Of a stretch of 64,000 bases of DNA, positions 57,401-64,000 are shown one piece after another. The position numbers and the translations under genes are program-made. Position 1 is the first letter of the stretch. Each line of letters begins with the position of its first letter. The stretch is from Candidatus Omnitrophota bacterium. Its GTDB lineage: Bacteria; Omnitrophota; Gorgyraeia; Gygaellales; Profunditerraquicolaceae. The DNA is taken from contig JBDRLN010000066.1 in assembly GCA_043812955.1 (NCBI GenBank), forward strand, positions 64,885 through 128,884. The letters are read 5' to 3'. The notes beneath the pieces are model-generated. The model saw only the letters and a list, made by a program, of their open reading frames with translations, had not been told where the DNA came from and made no database searches.

Positions 57401-58636
57401 ATGCATGATTTGAATTTTCAAAAAGAGGATTTTTCCGAGAAAGAAAGGCGTAATATCGATATACTGGAGATACTTAGAAGGCGCGGGCCTATAAGCCGGC
57501 CGGATATCTCTAAAGAGATAGGTATCAATGTGGTGACCATCTCTAATTATATAGATGATTTTATTAAACATAACTTTGTTCATGAGAAAGAGTTAGATCG
57601 TTCAGAAGGTGGAAGGCGGCCGACGCTCTTAGATTTAAATCCCCAGGGTGGTTATGTTATTGGGATTGGTTTAAACCTGATGAATATGGTCGGGCTTTTG
57701 GTGGATTTAAAAGGGAATATCATTACTAAAACTCAGATTGCTAGGCCTCGGGCTTCAGTTAATGAAATTGCCGAGTGCCTCCTGGAGCTTATTCGGGAGA
57801 TCTTGAGGCGTTCCAAGGAATACGCGGCTAATATTAAAGGTATAGGCGTAGGCATGGCCGGTCTTATTAATAAGGAAGATGGTTCCATACATTGGCCGCA
57901 AAAAATGGATCATTATTATACTTACGCCTCAGTTGATTTATCGTTTAGGGAATTAATCGAAAGGGAATTTAACCTACCCACCTTAATTGAAAATGACGCT
58001 ACCAGCGCCTGTTTCGGCGAGCACTGGTTCAGCATGGATTCCAATATTAAAGATCTTATTTATATGTTTTCCGGGGTAGGCTGCGGCATGATGATCAATG
58101 GTCAGATCTACCGGGGCGCCCAGGGTTACGCGGGCGAGGTAGCTATTTATAATTATAAGGAGCAGGATCTTTTTAGCTGTTCAAGCGGAAATCCCTGTTT
58201 TATTAAACGCTGGGAGATGGATTTGGGTATAGTTGAACACGCGAAGAAGATACTGGCTATAGATAAAGAGGCGGCAGAAAGTTTTTTTAAACTAACTTCT
58301 TCTAATATTGAAAATGTTGATCTAAAAAGCGTATTTATCGCTAACCGCGCTAAAAATGAGATCGCGATTTCTGCTTTAGACGCCGCGGCCAAGAGGTTAG
58401 GTATAAAAGTAGCTTCTTTAGTAAATATGCTTAATCCTCAGATTGTAGTTATCGGTGGCGGGCTAGAAGACGCCGGGGATGATTTTTTAAATAAACTAAC
58501 CCTGGTGGTAAAAGACTGGTCATTCAGGGAGATTACTGAAGGTTTAAAGATTGTTTATTCCCAACTCAGGGAGAATGCTGTCGCTTTAGGAGCCGCCGGA
58601 TTGGTGATGCAGAGGGTATTCGCTCAAATGGAATAA
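57401..58636 (+). CDS. ROK-family transcriptional repressor
   Basis: N-terminal HTH, GGRRP, IENDA, GAQGYAGE, LNPQIVVIGG. Confidence 0.92.
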   Translation: MHDLNFQKEDFSEKERRNIDILEILRRRGPISRPDISKEIGINVVTISNYIDDFIKHNFVHEKELDRSEGGRRPTLLDLNPQGGYVIGIGLNLMNMVGLLVDLKGNIITKTQIARPRASVNEIAECLLELIREILRRSKEYAANIKGIGVGMAGLINKEDGSIHWPQKMDHYYTYASVDLSFRELIEREFNLPTLIENDATSACFGEHWFSMDSNIKDLIYMFSGVGCGMMINGQIYRGAQGYAGEVAIYNYKEQDLFSCSSGNPCFIKRWEMDLGIVEHAKKILAIDKEAAESFFKLTSSNIENVDLKSVFIANRAKNEIAISALDAAAKRLGIKVASLVNMLNPQIVVIGGGLEDAGDDFLNKLTLVVKDWSFREITEGLKIVYSQLRENAVALGAAGLVMQRVFAQME

Positions 58637-58655
58637 GAAAGGGAGGTTTTATATT

Positions 58656-59816
58656 ATGCCACAGAAAATAAAATTTATTATAATCGGTCTGGCGGTTATA
58701 TTAGTGATCAGTCTTTTTATTAATCTGCAGGTTATGGTTTCCAAACAGACGGTAGAACGCGATAGGGATGTTTTACAAAATGAGAAGGCCGGTCTGCTTA
58801 CTAAGATCGATAGCACCTTAAAGGATAATAAACGTCTGGAAGATAAGATTAACCTTATGAATAAAGATATGGAAAAACTTGTCCGGGATTTAGATAGGGC
58901 CGCAAAGGATAAATCCGATGTCCAGAGAAGATATGATAATTTAAGCAAGGAAAGAGATGCCTTGGCGGAGCAGTTAAAGAGTCGTCCCGTGGAGGTAGAA
59001 CAAAGGGAAATCAAAGAAGAAGTGTTCAGGCCGGTTTCTACTACCGCTACTACCGAAGATACATATTGGGCGGGGATATTAAAGGCCAAGGCCGATTTAG
59101 AGCTAAAATTAAATAATCTGCGTAATGAATTAAGAATCGATAAGATTACCAATGAAAAACTGCAAAGGGAAAAAAGTTCTTTAAGTCTGGAATTGAAAAA
59201 CCTAGAAATGCAAAATACCGATATTAAGCGCCAGCTTGAATATAACTATCAGGTAACAGACGCCCTGACCCAGGAGTTAGTCAGGGAGAAAAATGATAAG
59301 ATTAAGATTCAGGAAGAAATAAAGGTTTTAAGGAGCGATAGCGCAAGTTTGCGTCGTCAGATAGAGGGAGTTTCTGTGCGCAAATCCAGGTTGGAAGAAA
59401 AAGTGGCCGAGTTAGAGGTAAAAAATAGCGAGCTTGAGCGTAGTTTGAATAAAACTCAAAGCCAGCAGTCAGTCCAGGCAGATGTATTAAAGCAGCAGAT
59501 AGGCCAGGATAAGCAGGAAAGAAGAGAGTCAGTAGAATTGCCGCCGATAGTAGTGCGCCCGCAAAAAGAGGTTTCTTTATCGTTGGTAAATAATATCCAA
59601 AATGGCAAGATCTCCTTAGTTAATAGAGAAAATAAATTTGTGATCATGAGTTTGGGCGAAGAGTCAGGGGTTAAGGTTGGTGATGTATTTAAGGTATATA
59701 GGGCAAATAAGGAGATCGCCACTATCGAAGCGATCAGGGTTCGCCAAGATATAACTGCCTGTGATATTAAAAATGAATCCACGCCTATCGCCATAGGTGA
59801 TATAGTTTTAAGGTAA
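58656..59816 (+). CDS. Membrane-anchored coiled-coil protein with C-terminal beta domain
   Basis: TM, coiled coil, FVIMSLGEESGVKVGDVF. Confidence 0.7.
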   Translation: MPQKIKFIIIGLAVILVISLFINLQVMVSKQTVERDRDVLQNEKAGLLTKIDSTLKDNKRLEDKINLMNKDMEKLVRDLDRAAKDKSDVQRRYDNLSKERDALAEQLKSRPVEVEQREIKEEVFRPVSTTATTEDTYWAGILKAKADLELKLNNLRNELRIDKITNEKLQREKSSLSLELKNLEMQNTDIKRQLEYNYQVTDALTQELVREKNDKIKIQEEIKVLRSDSASLRRQIEGVSVRKSRLEEKVAELEVKNSELERSLNKTQSQQSVQADVLKQQIGQDKQERRESVELPPIVVRPQKEVSLSLVNNIQNGKISLVNRENKFVIMSLGEESGVKVGDVFKVYRANKEIATIEAIRVRQDITACDIKNESTPIAIGDIVLR

Positions 59817-60838
59817 TGACCCGGCCAAAAAAAACTAATTCTAAAAATACCTCGATCAAAGATGTTGCCCGTTTATCCGGAGTATCTATTAGCACAGTCT
59901 CGCGGGTAATTAATAAATTCCCTTCAGTTAAAGAGAAACACCGGATCAAGGTCCTGGAGGCAGTAAGTGAGCTTAAATTCCAGCCATCGGTTTTTGCCCA
60001 GCGCCTAGCAACCGGCAGGAGCAATGTTGTAGCCCTGGTAATACCGCGCTATGAAGGAATGTTTTATTCTTTTTATGTCCTCGAATTGATCCGCGGCATC
60101 GGGACCCTCTGTGAGGCGTTAAAATTAGATTTATTATTGCATATTATTGATAGCAAACTGTCTTTTAACTTCAAAGGCATAGGAGGGATAATTTTCGCGG
60201 ATATTATCGCTAACCGGCATCAGGTTGAGGAGGCCTTAGATAGTTCAATACCTCTAGTGGTAATTAATAATAATGTTTTAGATTTAGAAGTAACTTGTCT
60301 GTCTTTGGATAATCAGGGGGGGGCTTTAAAGGCAGTTGAGTATTTGATAGGTCTGGGGCATAAGAAAATCGCCCATATTTCGGGAGATATGATTACCCAG
60401 GCCGCGGTCCAGCGCCTAGATGGATATAAGCAGGCTTTAAAAAAGAGTAAAATTTCACTTTCGGATGATTATATAATCAAGACTGATTATTCCCGGGGCC
60501 AGGCAAGAACGGCCGCGGAAAAATTGATCACAATGCAGGAACGGCCGACAGCGGTCTTTGTAGCTTCAGATTCTATGGCCCTTGAGGTAATGACGGTAGC
60601 CATGGAAGCGGGTCTGAAGATTCCGGCGGATTTATCAGTAGTTGGTTTTGATGATAACCCGTCAGGGCTCTATGGTCCGGTATCCCTTACTACTGTGAGG
60701 CAGCCTCTAGTAAAGATGGCCCAGGACGCAGTAAAGGAATTAAATATTCTTATTGATCCCAAGCAAGAGCATAAAGTAAAAAAAATTGTGATACCTACGG
60801 AATTGGTGATCCGTGAATCTTGTAGTACGTTAAAATAA
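59816..60838 (+). CDS. LacI-family regulator
   Basis: SIKDVARLSGVSISTVSRVIN, SVVGFDD, LTTVRQP. Confidence 0.95.
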   Translation: MTRPKKTNSKNTSIKDVARLSGVSISTVSRVINKFPSVKEKHRIKVLEAVSELKFQPSVFAQRLATGRSNVVALVIPRYEGMFYSFYVLELIRGIGTLCEALKLDLLLHIIDSKLSFNFKGIGGIIFADIIANRHQVEEALDSSIPLVVINNNVLDLEVTCLSLDNQGGALKAVEYLIGLGHKKIAHISGDMITQAAVQRLDGYKQALKKSKISLSDDYIIKTDYSRGQARTAAEKLITMQERPTAVFVASDSMALEVMTVAMEAGLKIPADLSVVGFDDNPSGLYGPVSLTTVRQPLVKMAQDAVKELNILIDPKQEHKVKKIVIPTELVIRESCSTLK

Positions 60839-60876
60839 TTTGCCTTTCCAATAGCCTCTCTTCTTTAGAGGCTTTT

Positions 60877-60923
60877 ATACAATTTATAGTGCCCCTCGTG
60901 GAAAAATATACCATATATTGTAT
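60877..60923 (+). promoter_or_regulatory. Tandem NrdR boxes
   Basis: atacaatttatagtgc (60877) and ataccatatattgtat (60908), 31 bp apart, match acaCwAtATaTwGtg; just upstream of a TTGACA-17-TATACT promoter (60931-60959). Confidence 0.85.
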
Positions 60924-61020
60924 TTTCTTATTGACAAGTCTTGGTCTTGAGGTTATACTTAGTTTTCGTAAGTAGGATAATTTTTTTAATCTGTTTTTAT
61001 TTTTTTATGGAGGTAAGATA

Positions 61021-63312
61021 ATGTCGCTTAAACTTTCCGAGAATTCCCTCAAAGTTTTAGAGAGAAGGTACTTAAAAAGAGATGCTAATGGCTTGGTCGT
61101 AGAAACCGCCGAAGATATGTTTAGAAGAGTCGCTCAGGCAATAGCCGAAGCCGATAGAAAATATGACTTAAAAGAAGAAGAGATTTCTAAAATTGCTGAT
61201 GATTTTTACCGGGTTATGATCGCCTTGGAATTTATCCCAAATTCTCCCTGTCTTATGAATGCTGGAAGAGAGCTAGGCCAGTTGAGTGCCTGTTTTACTT
61301 TGCCGATCTGCGATTCAATGGAATCGATATTTGAGACCTTAAAAGCGACCGCCATGATCCACAAGTCCGGCGGAGGAACAGGATTTTCCTTTTCTCGGAT
61401 CCGGCCTAAGAATTCAGTAGTGAAATCTACCGGCGGTGTCGCCTCAGGCCCGGTTTCTTTTATGAAGGTTTATGACGCGGCTACTGAAGCAGTTAAGCAG
61501 GGTGGCACGCGCAGGGGCGCGAATATGGGGATCTTAAGAGTAGACCACCCCGATGTTTTAGAGTTTGTAACCTGTAAGGAGAGCAATAAAGAGATTAATA
61601 ATTTTAATATTTCGGTCGCGATCACCGATGATTTTATGAAGAGATTAGAGAATAACCAGGAACACGATTTAGTGGACCCTCATTCCAATGAATTAGTTAA
61701 AAGGGTGCGGGCCCGGGAGGTTTTTGACCTAATCGTTAAACAGGCGCATAAAAACGGGGAACCTGGAGTTTTGTTTATTGATAAGGTTAATCAGGATAAC
61801 CCTACTCCTAAATTAGGCAAGATCGAAAGCACCAACCCTTGCGGCGAACAGCCGCTTTTGCCTTATGAGAGCTGCGATCTGGGTTCAATAAATCTGGACC
61901 GGATGTATAAAAAAGCAGGCTTAAATTATGAGATTGATTGGGAGAAATTAAAAGAAGTAACCCATTTGGCAGTGCATTTCCTGGATAACATAATAGATGT
62001 AAACAGATATCCTATACCGGAGATCGAAAAAGCGACTAAGCTGACCCGTAAGATCGGATTAGGGGTAATGGGCTGGTCTAGCCTTTTAATCCGGATGGGC
62101 GTACCTTATAATAGTAATGAGGCAGTGTATTTAGGCGAGAAGGTAATGTCTTTTATTCTTAACGAGGCTTTTTCTGAGTCTGAAAGTTTAGCCGGGAAAA
62201 AAGGCGTATTCCCGGCTTTTAAAGGAAGTATTTATGATAAAAAAGATGCAGGAAGGAAGCTGCGTAATGCTACTCTGACTACTATAGCACCTACCGGAAC
62301 CATCAGTATTATTGCCGGTCCTTGCTCTTCAGGGATTGAACCTTTGTTTGCTATAGTTTATTACCGCAATGTAATGGATAACGATAAGCTGGTAGAGATA
62401 GATCCTTTTTTTGAAGAGATAGCCAAAGAGAGAGGGTTTTATAGCCGGGAATTAATGGAGAAGATCGCTGAAACAGGCTCAGTTAAAGATATTGAAGGCG
62501 TTCCTGAGGATGTAAAGAAGGTATTTGTCACCGCCCATGATATAGCCCCGGAATGGCATGTTAAGATGCAGGCGGCATTTCAGAAATATGTGCATAATGC
62601 CGTATCTAAAACTGTTAATTTCCATCATGATGCTACTATAGAAGAAGTCAGAAAGTCTTATCTTTTAGCTTACGAGTTGGGGTGCAAAGGTATTACTATA
62701 TACCGCGACCGCAGCCGTGAAGAGCAAGTATTAAATATTGCCCACAAAGATAAAAAAGAAGTCAAAGAAATAGTTTTGCCTATTAATGAAATTGCCCCCC
62801 GTCCGCGCCCGGAAGTTATTATCGGTACCACGACCAAGGTTGCCACTGGATGTGGAAATCTTTATGTTACCATAAACATTGATGAAGAAGGCAATCCCTT
62901 TGAGTTGTTTACCCAGATGGGCAAGGCTGGCGGCTGCGCCGCTTCTCAGCTTGAGGCGATCGGCAGGCTGGTATCTTTGGGTTTTCGTTCTGGCATAGAA
63001 GTAAAATCGATTATTGAGCAGTTACGTAATATCCGTTGCCCTTCCCCATCTTGGGAGAAGGGCCAGCGTATCTTCTCTTGTGCTGACGCTATTGCCCGCG
63101 TAGTTGAGAAGAGGCTGATAAATAGACAAGTCATACCTTCCGCCATAACAGTCGCTGAGCTGGCAATGAAGCATTCCCATAATGAAGAAGTTGTCCTGGA
63201 TAAAGCAGTCCATGGCGGGGATATCGTCGGAGTATGCCCGGATTGCGGCGGCGCGCTGCGTCATGAAGAAGGCTGCGTTAAGTGCCAGGCCTGCGGATAT
63301 TCCAAATGTTAG
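61021..63312 (+). CDS. nrdJ: Class II (B12-dependent) ribonucleotide reductase
   Basis: PNSPCLMNAG, LSACF, TNPCGEQPL, IAPTGT, KGITIYR, TSCPD domain, C-terminal zinc ribbon; no nrdB adjacent. Confidence 0.9.
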   Translation: MSLKLSENSLKVLERRYLKRDANGLVVETAEDMFRRVAQAIAEADRKYDLKEEEISKIADDFYRVMIALEFIPNSPCLMNAGRELGQLSACFTLPICDSMESIFETLKATAMIHKSGGGTGFSFSRIRPKNSVVKSTGGVASGPVSFMKVYDAATEAVKQGGTRRGANMGILRVDHPDVLEFVTCKESNKEINNFNISVAITDDFMKRLENNQEHDLVDPHSNELVKRVRAREVFDLIVKQAHKNGEPGVLFIDKVNQDNPTPKLGKIESTNPCGEQPLLPYESCDLGSINLDRMYKKAGLNYEIDWEKLKEVTHLAVHFLDNIIDVNRYPIPEIEKATKLTRKIGLGVMGWSSLLIRMGVPYNSNEAVYLGEKVMSFILNEAFSESESLAGKKGVFPAFKGSIYDKKDAGRKLRNATLTTIAPTGTISIIAGPCSSGIEPLFAIVYYRNVMDNDKLVEIDPFFEEIAKERGFYSRELMEKIAETGSVKDIEGVPEDVKKVFVTAHDIAPEWHVKMQAAFQKYVHNAVSKTVNFHHDATIEEVRKSYLLAYELGCKGITIYRDRSREEQVLNIAHKDKKEVKEIVLPINEIAPRPRPEVIIGTTTKVATGCGNLYVTINIDEEGNPFELFTQMGKAGGCAASQLEAIGRLVSLGFRSGIEVKSIIEQLRNIRCPSPSWEKGQRIFSCADAIARVVEKRLINRQVIPSAITVAELAMKHSHNEEVVLDKAVHGGDIVGVCPDCGGALRHEEGCVKCQACGYSKC

Positions 63313-63323
63313 CCTAGGGCCAA

Positions 63324-64000
63324 TTGAAAAAGATATTATACATAATCTTAGACGGCTTAGGTGATCTGCCTATCAAAGAACTAGGCAAGAGAACTCCGCT
63401 TGAAGCAGCATTAACTCCCAACTTAGACCGTTTGGCTCAAACCGGAATAACCGGTATTGTTTATCCCTTGGGTAAAGATATTGCTCCCGAATCTGATGCC
63501 GCGGTAATCAGCCTTTTAGGTTACGATGTCTTAAAATATTATACCGGAAGAGGGCCTTTAGAGGCCTTTGCTGAGGGCTTAAGTATTGTTGATGGAAATT
63601 TAGCCCTAAGAGTTAATTTTGCTACCGCGGTTGACGGCGGTTTAACTATTAAAGACCGCAGGGTAGGCCGAAGTTTAACCCCAGAGGAAGCTGATAACTT
63701 AACCAAAGAGATAAATTCTAAAGTCATCCTCTCCAATGCTACTTTTGAATTCAAAAATACTGTCGGGCATAGAGGGGTATTGGTAATCAGGGGAATGCAT
63801 TCAAGTTTATCCGGATATATCACTAATACCGATCCTGCTTATGCCAGGGATAATTTATTCGGGCAGGCCTTAGATAAATTCCAGGATGTTATCCAGGAAT
63901 CCAAGCCTATGCCGGGGTATGAGAATTCATTGGAAGCAATTGAGGCGGCCGGACTTTTAAATGAATTTACTCAGAAATCCCATCAGGTTTTAAATAATTC
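63324..64000 (+). CDS. apgM: Cofactor-independent phosphoglycerate mutase, ApgM type (3' partial)
   Basis: Manual translation from TTG: MKKILYIILDGLGD...TPLEAA.TPNLD...APESD...LLGYD...YTGRGPLEA. Confidence 0.85.
   Translation, partial: MKKILYIILDGLGDLPIKELGKRTPLEAALTPNLDRLAQTGITGIVYPLGKDIAPESDAAVISLLGYDVLKYYTGRGPLEAFAEGLSIVDGNLALRVNFATAVDGGLTIKDRRVGRSLTPEEADNLTKEINSKVILSNATFEFKNTVGHRGVLVIRGMHSSLSGYITNTDPAYARDNLFGQALDKFQDVIQESKPMPGYENSLEAIEAAGLLNEFTQKSHQVLNN

Overview
Chromosomal window of an AT-rich bacterium. Gene content and a 'YYPSPYG' secreted protein suggest Candidatus Omnitrophota (inference only). Left to right: (1) an MSHA/type IV pilus operon with a PilM-PilN fusion, secretin, PilB, ExeA, PilC, a two-component pair, PilZ, an MshEN-PilZ protein and a pilin; (2) a complete CheC/CheD-type chemotaxis cluster with no flagellar genes in the window, carrying an FtsA/PilM-like actin-fold ATPase with ubiquitin-like repeats and a ComFB protein, bracketed by two paralogous REC-GGDEF genes (one intact, one degenerate); (3) a sugar ABC/MFS locus with GH-A clan glycosidases; (4) an AT-rich islet at tRNA-fMet; (5) ftsB, eno, an FtsH-like protease, purN, rnf in CGDEAB order, an MFS gene and tRNA-Thr; (6) HD-GYP-like, ROK, LacI, class II RNR with tandem NrdR boxes, and apgM. 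The most unusual features are non-coding. Both tRNA genes are followed by ~100-bp-period arrays of tRNA 3' fragments, each interrupted at the same T-loop position by a ~61-bp twin-hairpin element. A 76-bp element sits twice in ATGA stop/start overlaps of rnf and rebuilds the start codon. A bipartite motif precedes two che-operon RBSs, and there are two long rod-like hairpins. No transposase, integrase or cas gene was recognised.
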